From Candidatus Magasanikiibacteriota bacterium (GTDB lineage: Bacteria; Patescibacteriota; Patescibacteriia; Magasanikbacterales; UBA922), in NCBI GenBank assembly GCA_041665025.1, contig JBAYJP010000002.1, forward strand, positions 64,691-128,690: a DNA stretch of 64,000 nt. Reading direction: 5' to 3'. The translations under genes and the position numbers were made by a program. Every line of letters starts with the position of its first letter. Within the stretch, counting starts at the first letter, position 1. The notes under the pieces are model-generated. The model worked only from the letters and a program-made list of their open reading frames with translations, was not told the DNA's origin and made no database searches. Of this stretch, positions 19,826-28,656 are shown piece by piece.

Positions 19826-20837
19826 TATTATAACGTTTACATGAGGATTTTAAAATTTCCTCAATCATTTGTTCGTAGCTCATTCCTGAACTTTTCGCAG
19901 CCCTCACAAAACGTGAATTCCCTTCAATATGAGGCGTTATTCCTGGCGGACAATTCACTTCAATAAAATATGGTTCTCCATCCACATCTAGTCGGATATC
20001 AAATCGTGCCCAATCTAGCATTTGTAACTTCTCAAAGGCCATAAAACATAGATCACCTATTTTCTTCTCTAACTCTACATCGATGTTTGCAGGACAAACC
20101 AACGGATCTTTTCCTTTGGCTGGATCATCGTACACCCATTTTGATTCGTAATGTTCAAACTTAGGCATATTTTCTGGCAGGTCATCAAATGTGATTTCAA
20201 CAATAGACAATATTTTTGGCGGATTTCCTAACATCCCCACCGTGAATTCCCTCCCCGGTAAATATTCCTCCACAATAACTGGCTGTCTAAATTCTTCTAG
20301 TAATTTCCTTACAACTTTTTTTAAAGAAAAAGAGTCATTAACAAGGTTGCTACTTTTAATACCCTTGCTTGAGCCCTCGCCTAAGGGTTTTGCAAGAGCA
20401 GGATAAAAATCAACGCCCCCATTTTCAATTTCTCCTAAATTTCTAAATACTTTCCACCTAGGAGTCTTGATACCATAAAATCCCAAGATCTCTTTAGCAA
20501 CTGATTTATTTAAACCAACTGCATAACTCAAAGGTTTAGGGCCCGTATACGGGATGCCAAGCATTTCAAGCATCGCAGGAATTTGCGCTTCCCGATCTGC
20601 TCCATGTATACCTTCAGCAATATTAAATACAATATCTATGGTTCCTTTCAAATCTTTCAATTTCAAATATGCATTTTCGTCTGCCTCCACATGAAAGACC
20701 TTATGACCCAACGCCTCAAGTGCCTTAGTAATTCCTTCAATGGTGATTGGCTCATCAAATTCAGCTTCTTTTATATACTGAGGGTCATTGATGTCGGGTT
20801 TAACATGGCGAATATTGTAAGTTAATCCGATGTTCAT
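19806..20837 (-). CDS. ATP-grasp ligase, D-alanine--D-alanine ligase family (paralog 1)
   Basis: Ddl-like N-domain ('EAEFDEPITIEGITKALEALGHKV...FNIAEGIHGADREAQIPAMLEMLGIPYTGP') and ATP-grasp core. Confidence 0.75.
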   Translation of the reverse strand: MNIGLTYNIRHVKPDINDPQYIKEAEFDEPITIEGITKALEALGHKVFHVEADENAYLKLKDLKGTIDIVFNIAEGIHGADREAQIPAMLEMLGIPYTGPKPLSYAVGLNKSVAKEILGFYGIKTPRWKVFRNLGEIENGGVDFYPALAKPLGEGSSKGIKSSNLVNDSFSLKKVVRKLLEEFRQPVIVEEYLPGREFTVGMLGNPPKILSIVEITFDDLPENMPKFEHYESKWVYDDPAKGKDPLVCPANIDVELEKKIGDLCFMAFEKLQMLDWARFDIRLDVDGEPYFIEVNCPPGITPHIEGNSRFVRAAKSSGMSYEQMIEEILKSSCKRYNIEYPGR

Positions 20838-20847
20838 AATTAATATC

Positions 20848-21657
20848 TTATACCGTATCTATGTTATTACTAATCGAAAAGTCATTATCTTCTGTTCTTT
20901 GTTCATCTCTTTGATTGAAAGAATCGTCGAGTTTTTTCCAATCCAAAACCCATACTGTATCTTCTTTTTCTGAATCTTCATCATAATTAATCTGCCCTAC
21001 TCTCACAAAACCACATCTTTCCAACACGCGCTCGGAGTCCACATTCTCTGGGTCAGTGTAAGCTGTTATGGTTAAGTTGGGCTTTAATTCAGGTACTATA
21101 CCTTCGCCCCCACGAGATGGATCAAAACTTCTGCCTAACGTCTGACAAATTTGTCTAACGCCGCTAGATACAAGTCCTCGCTCCTCTTTTTTATCATATC
21201 TCCTCGTGTCGTGTAGACGGGCGTAACTTAATTCCATAACTAGATTTTGTTCGGGTATTTTTACCATTTCTTTTGTGGTCATCTCTTCGATTCTTCTCCC
21301 ATCTTCAGGAAGCATTTGCACCCAGCCCTCTATTTCGCCTTCACTTTCACGGCCACTTACACCATACAGCAATCTATCATTTCCATGTCCTTCAATAAGA
21401 TCTTTTATTTCATCGTCGGTCATTGGATCACCTATCATAAATTCTAAAGCTTTTGGGTTAACATCAGTTTCATGATACCTGTCTATATCTTCTTGTCTCA
21501 TTGCATTTAGAGGACGAATCCTTGCTCTTTCACCTTCGCCAAATGTCCATACACCTGTATCCTCAATTGTTTTCCCAGGTTCAGCGTCGATGTGGTTCCT
21601 TCCTCCTTCTGGGGCGTGCCATTGTCCTAACTCCTTTAGTCCTCTTTCATTTTCCAT
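20848..21657 (-). CDS. GNAT family N-acetyltransferase (RimJ/RimL-like)
   Basis: 'LLYGVSGRESEGEIEGWVQML...ELSYARL' and 'ITAYTDPENVDSERVLERCGFVRVG' match the GNAT A/B motifs; acidic tails. Confidence 0.55.
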   Translation of the reverse strand: MENERGLKELGQWHAPEGGRNHIDAEPGKTIEDTGVWTFGEGERARIRPLNAMRQEDIDRYHETDVNPKALEFMIGDPMTDDEIKDLIEGHGNDRLLYGVSGRESEGEIEGWVQMLPEDGRRIEEMTTKEMVKIPEQNLVMELSYARLHDTRRYDKKEERGLVSSGVRQICQTLGRSFDPSRGGEGIVPELKPNLTITAYTDPENVDSERVLERCGFVRVGQINYDEDSEKEDTVWVLDWKKLDDSFNQRDEQRTEDNDFSISNNIDTV

Positions 21658-21678
21658 ATCATTAATTTAAAACTTTTG

Positions 21679-22680
21679 TTACATGCGTTCACACGCAGAA
21701 TCAATGATCTTCCGTATAAGTTCTTCGTAAGAAATCCCAACTGCTGTACATGCCATAGGTAAATCTGAATGTGTAGGATTCAACCCTGCGAGCGGATTTA
21801 TTTCAAGAAATTGTAACCTTCCATCTCTATCCATTTTTATATCCACTCTCCCGGCGTCCCGACACTCCAAGGCTTGATAGGCTTTTACCGCAATATCAAA
21901 GGCATCCTTGACGATTTCTTGGTCAGTGACAAGTTCATATTTTACTAGTTCTTCACACAATTCTTTGTTTACAAACGAGTAGACATCCTTTTCAGCGTTC
22001 TCAAGCAATTTTATTTCTAGCACTGAGATAGCTCGCGCTTTTTCTCCTGTTCCCCATACGCCGACTGTAAATTCCCTTCCAGGTAAAAATTCTTCTACTA
22101 AGACGGGCTGTTTGTATGTAGATAACAACTCTTGTGTCACTTTCGTCAACTCATCCTGATTATGTACAATGGAATGAGGGTTTACACCCTTACCCGTGCC
22201 CTCACTATTTGGCTTTACAAAGAGAGGAAAAAGTAATAAAAGTGTGTCGAGTTTCTGTAGATCTTCATACGACTTTATCGTATAAAAACCTGGCGTTTTT
22301 ATTCCCGCATCTCGTATTATTCTTTTGGCAACAGATTTATCTAAACTTACAGCCAACGTAAGAGGATCACTAAATGTGTAAGGAATATGGTAGGCTTCCA
22401 ACACAGCAGGAATTTGAGCTTCTCTATTTCTTCCATTCTCACCTTCGGCTATGTTAAACACAAGATCCCAACATCTACCATCGACAAGTTTTTTTTGAAG
22501 TTCAAAAAAATTCCCAATCCGCTCAACGGTATGACCAAGTTTTTCTATAGTATTAAACAAAGCGTCTATAGTAGCCGGGCTATCAAATTCAGCCTCTTCA
22601 AGAGAGCTGATATCTTTTTGATCTTCTTCCACAACAGAGGAACGTAAATTAAATGTCAAACCAATATGCATATAAGACAT
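21679..22680 (-). CDS. ATP-grasp ligase, D-alanine--D-alanine ligase family (paralog 2)
   Basis: 'EAEFDSPATIDALFNTIEKLGHTV...FNIAEGENGRNREAQIPAVLEAYHIPYTFS'; same architecture as paralog 1. Confidence 0.75.
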   Translation of the reverse strand: MSYMHIGLTFNLRSSVVEEDQKDISSLEEAEFDSPATIDALFNTIEKLGHTVERIGNFFELQKKLVDGRCWDLVFNIAEGENGRNREAQIPAVLEAYHIPYTFSDPLTLAVSLDKSVAKRIIRDAGIKTPGFYTIKSYEDLQKLDTLLLLFPLFVKPNSEGTGKGVNPHSIVHNQDELTKVTQELLSTYKQPVLVEEFLPGREFTVGVWGTGEKARAISVLEIKLLENAEKDVYSFVNKELCEELVKYELVTDQEIVKDAFDIAVKAYQALECRDAGRVDIKMDRDGRLQFLEINPLAGLNPTHSDLPMACTAVGISYEELIRKIIDSACERM

Positions 22681-23729
22681 TATGTGACCCTTGTCTTTAA
22701 TCTATATGATAAGTTATTCAGTATGGTCTTTAATGTATCTTCAAAAGATATACCATACAAATTCAAAACATTACTAATAGCACAGTTACACTCAAGAGAT
22801 CCAAAAGCAGGGTTTGCATTAGAATCTATAATATAATATTTTCCGTTTCTCACATCCTCGCGAATATCAAACTTGGCATAGTCATTCATCTTCAACACAC
22901 AAAAAGCTTTCTGAATTTCCATTTCAAACTGGGTCCCTTTGATGTCTTCTCTTTTTTTATATTCAAATATGTCTTCATCCCCCCACTTGCCAATATGCGT
23001 ATCAATAACATACTTGCCCTGGCGTGTAAATTTTTTTTCTGTCACGTACACATGCATCTTATCTTCGGAGGCATTGTCCTCCAATACCATAGCAGTCAGT
23101 TCTTTTCCTTCAATATATTCTTCCACTATAACCGACTGGTGATATATAGACATCAATTTTTTCACCCTCTTCTGTAAATGCACCACGTCTTCGCTAATCG
23201 CTGACTCATCTATTTCTATGCTGCCATGAATCCCATTAAGTTTCGAAATCAATGGAAAATTCAACGTGTCGTGCAAAACAAAATCCTCTTTTTCAACAAG
23301 CTGATACGGGGGGATAGATATGTCATATTTTTCTAAAATAATATGCGATAGAAACCTATTACGATCATATATTAATCCCTCTGTTCCTGTACCTAAATAA
23401 GGTATACCCAATATGTCTAATACCGCCGGAAGACCAGGCCCAAAATCCTCTCTTCCATGGATAGTATCAGCCAAATTCAAGACGAATAGTGGATTATTTT
23501 TTGTGAGATAATCTATCATCTTATCGTCAGCGGGGACCGTGTCGACTGCAAATCCCAAATTCTCAAAATATGGAACTATTTTCCGAGCGTCATCACGCAA
23601 ATATGATTCTGCTACGTATTCAGCTTCGGTATTAAAGTATTCTCTTTTTGCCTCAGTATAAAGAATTACTACTTTTTTAGGTAAAAAAAAATTGTTTCCT
23701 TCTCTAATCATATTTTTGTCCTTTGACAC
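22680..23729 (-). CDS. ATP-grasp ligase, Ddl-like (divergent paralog 3)
   Basis: 'LNLADTIHGREDFGPGLPAVLDILGIPYLGTGTEGL' plus C-terminal ATP-grasp fold. 1-nt overlap with paralog 2. Confidence 0.65.
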   Translation of the reverse strand: MSKDKNMIREGNNFFLPKKVVILYTEAKREYFNTEAEYVAESYLRDDARKIVPYFENLGFAVDTVPADDKMIDYLTKNNPLFVLNLADTIHGREDFGPGLPAVLDILGIPYLGTGTEGLIYDRNRFLSHIILEKYDISIPPYQLVEKEDFVLHDTLNFPLISKLNGIHGSIEIDESAISEDVVHLQKRVKKLMSIYHQSVIVEEYIEGKELTAMVLEDNASEDKMHVYVTEKKFTRQGKYVIDTHIGKWGDEDIFEYKKREDIKGTQFEMEIQKAFCVLKMNDYAKFDIREDVRNGKYYIIDSNANPAFGSLECNCAISNVLNLYGISFEDTLKTILNNLSYRLKTRVT

Positions 23730-23960
23730 AGAAAATTATTTTGCCAACTAAAAAACCCAGACGGCTTTTGTCGTTTGGGTTATGTCAAATAAATAATTGT
23801 TTATCTTAGGAAAAGGATCCAAATCTTGTGACCTTTCAAGGTCCATAAATACATATAATGGCTCTCGCCAATTTACCACACTGCGTGGAGCAGGCAGTAG
23901 AAGAACGGTTTCGTTCTCTCAAATTGTACCACCACCATACGTGGTGTCAATAGATTTTTG

Positions 23961-26927
23961 CTACTTTTCCACAGAAAGGCTAAGAGACATTCCATCCAGC
24001 TTGACTTCAATTCCGCCAGCATGTTTTTTCAAATCTGTCGCAAGCGTTCCTTTTTTTATTTCATCGCCATATTCCTTAAACACTGTGTTTAGAAGTTCAT
24101 CAGACGTCTCATAGCCTACCACAACCGAGTCTTGAATAGTTAACTTTTGTTCTTTGCGCATTTGATTGATGGTGCGGACAATTTCTCGGACAAGGCCTTC
24201 TTTTTTAAGCTCACCATTAATCTCTGTATTCAACGCAACCTTTAAACTACCGTCTTCTTTCATTATCCAATTTTTTTCTAAATCTACAGCTTCACTTATT
24301 TCCTTTATATTTAATTCTTCAGAAATAATAACCTTCAATTCGTTTGAAAATTGAAAATTAAAAATTGAAAATTGTGAAAGTGGCTGTCGTACTTTTATAC
24401 CTGCTTCAGCACGTAACGCAAGACCCATCTCAACAACCTTCCTCACCTGTGCCATATCAATTATAACTTGATCATCTATCATTTTTTCATCAACCTCTGG
24501 CCACTTTTCTAAATGCACACTTTCACAATCAGTTCCTTGTTCGTTGTTCCTTGTTCCTTGGTACACTTTTTCTGCAATAAAAGGTGTAAATGGAGCCATT
24601 ACTTTGGACAAAGTTAGAAGCACTTCGCGCAAAACTGATGTCGCAACTTCCACGTCTTCGGAATTGTCGCCTTTGAAACGATCACGTGAGCGACGAACAT
24701 ACCAAGTTGACAGTTCATTAATAAATTCAAGAATTGGTCTACTTGCTGCAGTCATATTATAACCTTCCATGGCAACTGTCACATCTTTAACTAGTATCTG
24801 CAATTTGGCGAGAATCCATTTGTCCAATACACTCAAAGATTTCGAATTTCGAATCCTTAGACCCGGACTTAGGGTTTCGAATTTCGAATTTTTCGATCCG
24901 TACATCTCATAAAAAGCTACAACATTCCATAAGGTGTTATTCAATTTGTTAAAAATGTCTTTAACCTCGCGATCATTAAAATATAAATTATCTGCCTGCA
25001 TCACTACACTACTCATAAGATAATAACGCAAAGCATCTACGCCATATTCTTCAATTATTTTCCATGGATCAGTATAATTCATTTTTGACTTAGACAATTT
25101 TTCTCCTTTTTCATTCAAGATAGTACCCGTACATACCACATTTTCAAAACTAACATTATCAAACAATAAAACGGCCATGACATGCATGTAATAAAACCAC
25201 GCGCGCGTTTGAGCGATGTATTCTGCGATATACTGGCCTGGGAATCTTTTTTTGAAGGTCTCAACATTTTCAAATGGATAATGAAATTCAGCAAAAGGCA
25301 TAGACGCTGATTCTACCCAACAATCTATGACTTCTGGAATGCGTGTCATTTCTCCTCCACATTTCTCGCATTTCAGCTTGATTTTGTCCACGTTGTGCTT
25401 GTGCAAATCTAATTCTTCGACTTTGTCTGTTTTATAGACTTCATCAAAATTAATTGCTTTTTCTTTTAGCTCTTGTACACTCCCAATACATACCGTTCCG
25501 TCACATTCTTTATTATTACATTTCCAAAATGGCAAGGGGGTTGCCCAAAAACGATTACGGGAAATATTCCAGTCTGGCGCGGTTTCCAAAATATTCAAAA
25601 ACCGTCCGTGCTTAAGATTGTCTGGGAACCAATTAACTTTTTCGTTAAATTCAATAATTCTTTTTTTCTTGTCTTGGATATTTATAAACCATGCAGAAAT
25701 AGCGTTGTAAAAAAGTTGTGTATCACAACGCCAGCAATGTGGGTATGAGTGTGTATGACTCTGTCGTGCAAACAACAATCCGCGATTTTCCAAATCATCT
25801 TTAATCGCTTTCTCTGCTTTTTTGAAATATTGACCTCGTATAAACTCCGGAGATAATTCATTGAAATGTCCTTTGTCATCAAGCAAGGGAACCACCGGCA
25901 AACCAATTTTCAACCCTAAGTTATAATCGTCCTCACCATATACAACAGCGGTATGTACCACGCCAGTTCCTTCTTCAGTCGTCACAAAATCCGCGCTAGT
26001 CACATACCACGCTTTTTTGCCCGTTTCGTGAATAGCGGGAATATCAAATAATGGTTCGTATTCCAAACCTACTAAATTTCCACCCAATACCTGCTGTACT
26101 ACTTCAAACTCCTTTCCTTCAACATAATTCATCAATCTATCCTTGGCAATAATATAGTGATCTTCTCCCAATTTTACGAGGCTATATTCAATTTTTTCTC
26201 CTACTGCCAATGCCACATTTCCCGGCAATGTCCACGGCGTAGTCGTCCATGCTAGAATATATGTATTTTCCGGCAACTCAATCTTTTGATCTTTTGATCT
26301 TTTGATCTTAAATTTCGCGGTTACCGTCTCTTCTTTAATATCCTTATAACTATCGTCCATCGCAATTTCTGCTTTTGAAACCGGCGTTTCACAGTGCGGA
26401 CAATACATAAGTACTTTTCTGCCTTCGTAAATCAAACCTTTATCCCAAATTGTTTTGAGAGACCACCATACGGATTCCATGTACACAGGATCCATGGTCT
26501 TGTACGCATTATCAAACTCAACCCAGCGGCCAATTCTATTGACCATTTTTTTCCACTCCTTTGTGTACATGAGAACTTTTGATTGACATGCTTCATTAAA
26601 TTTATCCACACCCAAATTTTCTTCAATCTGTTTTTTTCCTGAAACTTTCAATTCTTTTTCGACCAAATTTTCAATTGGTAACCCATGACAATCCCACCCC
26701 CAACGCCTTCGCACACGATAACCTTTCATAGTCCAGTAGCGAGGGACTACATCTTTAATTACTGAACTCAAGATATGCCCGTAATGAGGCAAGCCTGTCG
26801 CAAACGGAGGTCCATCATAAAATACATACGGATTATTTTCCGGACGTTCACTCACTGATTTTTCAAAACACTGGTGCTCGTCCCAGTACTTCAAAATTTC
26901 TTGTTCGTTTTGGTTGGCATTGTACAT
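23961..26927 (-). CDS. ileS: isoleucine--tRNA ligase (type 2, archaeal/eukaryote-like)
   Basis: HIGH region 'YDGPPFATGLPHYGHIL', KMSKS 'LSKSKMNY', 988 aa. Contains several in-frame heptamer microsatellites (24346-24372, 24536-24556, 24838-24895, 26282-26312). Confidence 0.9.
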   Translation of the reverse strand: MYNANQNEQEILKYWDEHQCFEKSVSERPENNPYVFYDGPPFATGLPHYGHILSSVIKDVVPRYWTMKGYRVRRRWGWDCHGLPIENLVEKELKVSGKKQIEENLGVDKFNEACQSKVLMYTKEWKKMVNRIGRWVEFDNAYKTMDPVYMESVWWSLKTIWDKGLIYEGRKVLMYCPHCETPVSKAEIAMDDSYKDIKEETVTAKFKIKRSKDQKIELPENTYILAWTTTPWTLPGNVALAVGEKIEYSLVKLGEDHYIIAKDRLMNYVEGKEFEVVQQVLGGNLVGLEYEPLFDIPAIHETGKKAWYVTSADFVTTEEGTGVVHTAVVYGEDDYNLGLKIGLPVVPLLDDKGHFNELSPEFIRGQYFKKAEKAIKDDLENRGLLFARQSHTHSYPHCWRCDTQLFYNAISAWFINIQDKKKRIIEFNEKVNWFPDNLKHGRFLNILETAPDWNISRNRFWATPLPFWKCNNKECDGTVCIGSVQELKEKAINFDEVYKTDKVEELDLHKHNVDKIKLKCEKCGGEMTRIPEVIDCWVESASMPFAEFHYPFENVETFKKRFPGQYIAEYIAQTRAWFYYMHVMAVLLFDNVSFENVVCTGTILNEKGEKLSKSKMNYTDPWKIIEEYGVDALRYYLMSSVVMQADNLYFNDREVKDIFNKLNNTLWNVVAFYEMYGSKNSKFETLSPGLRIRNSKSLSVLDKWILAKLQILVKDVTVAMEGYNMTAASRPILEFINELSTWYVRRSRDRFKGDNSEDVEVATSVLREVLLTLSKVMAPFTPFIAEKVYQGTRNNEQGTDCESVHLEKWPEVDEKMIDDQVIIDMAQVRKVVEMGLALRAEAGIKVRQPLSQFSIFNFQFSNELKVIISEELNIKEISEAVDLEKNWIMKEDGSLKVALNTEINGELKKEGLVREIVRTINQMRKEQKLTIQDSVVVGYETSDELLNTVFKEYGDEIKKGTLATDLKKHAGGIEVKLDGMSLSLSVEK

Positions 26928-26951
26928 ATTTAAAAAATTATAAGATAATAG

Positions 26952-27027
26952 ATGTACGAAATACGAAAACTGCGAAAGGTGCGAAAAATATATTTCGAAT
27001 ATTTCGTAGTTTTCGTATTTCGTACAT
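26952..27027. repeat. 76-nt near-perfect hairpin (TTCGAAT/GTACGAAATACG heptamer arms)
   Basis: 'atgtacgaaatacgaaaactgcgaaa ... tttcgtagttttcgtatttcgtacat' with one mismatch, about 25 nt upstream of the ileS ATG. Confidence 0.8.
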
Positions 27028-27029
27028 AA

Positions 27030-27200
27030 ATAAAAAACACGCTTTCACACGTGCCAAGAGTCGCGTGGTCCAAAGGACTTTACGCGACGGTACCATCTTG
27101 AGCTTTAACTTGATTACAGCTTTTACGGGCTTACCCGTGGAGTTCTACTCATCTTTCAGACTTTCTTCTCCAGGCTTGCCGCTGATAACGGCTTAACGCT
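27030..27200 (-). promoter_or_regulatory. structured ileS leader with intrinsic terminator (possible T-box-like attenuator)
   Basis: Locally GC-rich. Minus-strand RNA reads '..GAUGGUACCGUCGCGUAAAGUCCUUUGGACCACGCGAC..' (T-box-like 'GGUACCG..CGCG') then 'GCACGUGUGAAAGCGUGUUUUUUAUUU' (hairpin + U-tract) before the CDS. An AUC-containing loop 'GCCGUUAUCAGCGGC' lies further 5'. Confidence 0.35.
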
Positions 27201-27217
27201 TTTGTGATTATATTGAA

Positions 27218-27245
27218 ATTATACTAAATAATAACAAAAAGTCAA
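27218..27245 (-). promoter_or_regulatory. sigma70-like promoter for ileS leader
   Basis: Minus strand TTGACT-16nt-TATAAT. Confidence 0.5.
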
Positions 27246-27248
27246 CAG

Positions 27249-27277
27249 TTGAGCCAAACAAAACATCATGATACAAT
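27249..27277 (+). promoter_or_regulatory. sigma70-like promoter for rpiB
   Basis: TTGAGC-17nt-TACAAT, about 30 nt upstream of the rpiB ATG; divergent from the ileS promoter. Confidence 0.45.
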
Positions 27278-27306
27278 ACTCACGTCATACACTCTAAGCC
27301 AACCAT

Positions 27307-27759
27307 ATGTACACCAACCCCCTTTTCATCGCCTCTGATCACGGCGGTTATCAACTCAAAAAACGAGTTATACGTTATATTGAAAATGAACTCAAAGGTA
27401 AGGTCGAAGATCTTGGACCACATGAACATGTTGAAACTGATGACTATCCAGACTACGTCATACCGCTTGCGCATAAAGTCGTTGAAACACAAGGACGCGG
27501 TATTGTAATATGTCGCAATGGAGTTGGGGTTTGTATTGCCGTAAATAAAGTGAAAGGAATAAAATGTGGTATTGGGTATAATATTGCTGCAGCAGAAAGT
27601 ATGATGAAGGATGATAACACAAATATTATTTCCCTTGCTGCGGATCATCTGTCCGAAGATCACGCCATGGCAGTGGTAAAAAAATGGTTAGAGACTGAGT
27701 TTAGTGGAGAAGAAAGACACGTCCGGAGATTGAAAAAGGTTGAAGAAATAGAGAAATAA
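27307..27759 (+). CDS. rpiB: ribose-5-phosphate isomerase B
   Basis: 150 aa RpiB/LacAB family: 'FIASDHGGYQLK', 'GIVICRNGVGVCIAVNKVKGI'. Confidence 0.85.
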   Translation: MYTNPLFIASDHGGYQLKKRVIRYIENELKGKVEDLGPHEHVETDDYPDYVIPLAHKVVETQGRGIVICRNGVGVCIAVNKVKGIKCGIGYNIAAAESMMKDDNTNIISLAADHLSEDHAMAVVKKWLETEFSGEERHVRRLKKVEEIEK

Positions 27760-27761
27760 AA

Positions 27762-27866
27762 ATTCAAAACGCAAAACTCAAAAATCAAAATTTGCAACTA
27801 AAAACTAATAAACTTTAAGTTTTAAGTTTACATTTTGAGTTCTGAGTTTTGAACTTTGAGTTATTT
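27762..27866. repeat. 'TTTGAGTTTTGA' palindromic intergenic element (family 2)
   Basis: 'aattcaaaacgcaaaactcaaaaatcaaaatttgcaactaaaaacta...ttttgagttctgagttttgaactttgagtta', near-identical to the copy at 28548. Confidence 0.8.
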
Positions 27867-27867
27867 T

Positions 27868-28515
27868 ATGCAAATCATCCCCTCAATCCTCGTTCAATCT
27901 AAAGAAGAATTTCTTCGTGAAATAAAGTCTGTCCAAAAATCAGTAGATATGGTTCAGCTTGATATCGCTGATGGAATTTTTGTACCACACACAACGTGGA
28001 TGGATCCAGATATAGTAAAAAAGAATGCAAAAATTGATGTGGAACTTCATCTCATGGTTAGTGAACCTCTGAAAGAATTAAAAAAATGGGCCACAGTCGA
28101 ACAAGTACAGCGCATTTACGTACATTTTGAATCCGAAGAAAACTTGAAAAATATTATGCCCACACTCCATGCGTATGGATGGGATATTGGTATCGCATTA
28201 AATCCAGACACACCAACAAGTGTACTTGATCCATATATAAAAGAAATCAAAGCAGTGATGTTTATGGGAGTAACTCCGGGAAAACAGGGACAAAAACTGA
28301 TTCCTGAAGTGCTAGAGAAGATGGTTGATTTTATTTCCAAAAATCCAAACATATTTACCGCAATCGACGGAGCTGTAAATGAAGAAACGCTGACAGATAT
28401 TGTAAAAACGGGTGTTAAAGCTATTTGCCCAGGGAGTGCAATATTTAAAAATGAGAGAGAACCGAGGGAGAACGTAAAAAGAATGGGGGAAATAATTAAC
28501 AGGTTGACAGTTTAA
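27868..28515 (+). CDS. rpe: ribulose-phosphate 3-epimerase
   Basis: RPE family ('QLDIADGIFVPH', 'HLMVSEP', 'MGVTPGKQGQ'). ORF-track TTG start lies inside the repeat; first ATG (MQIIPS) used. Confidence 0.8.
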   Translation: MQIIPSILVQSKEEFLREIKSVQKSVDMVQLDIADGIFVPHTTWMDPDIVKKNAKIDVELHLMVSEPLKELKKWATVEQVQRIYVHFESEENLKNIMPTLHAYGWDIGIALNPDTPTSVLDPYIKEIKAVMFMGVTPGKQGQKLIPEVLEKMVDFISKNPNIFTAIDGAVNEETLTDIVKTGVKAICPGSAIFKNEREPRENVKRMGEIINRLTV

Positions 28516-28547
28516 TTAGCTCGGGATACAATTTCTGCACTCTGTGA

Positions 28548-28656
28548 AAATTCAAAACGCAAACCTCAAAAGTCAAAACTATAGCTAAAAACTAACAAGC
28601 TTTACGTTTTGATTTTACATTTTGATCTTTGAGTTTTGAATTTTGAGTTATCTAAT
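28548..28656. repeat. 'TTTGAGTTTTGA' palindromic intergenic element (family 2)
   Basis: 'aattcaaaacgcaaacctcaaaagtcaaaactatagctaaaaacta...ttttgatctttgagttttgaattttgagtta'. Confidence 0.8.

Noticed and set aside
26928-27306. RNase P RNA, SRP RNA or tmRNA in the GC-rich ileS-rpiB spacer
   Set aside because: Only partial word matches were found (for example AAAGUCC). There is no P4 'AGGAAAGUCCGGGC', no SRP domain-IV 'GGAAGCAGCC', and no tRNA-like 3' end. The position and terminator fit a cis-acting aaRS leader better.
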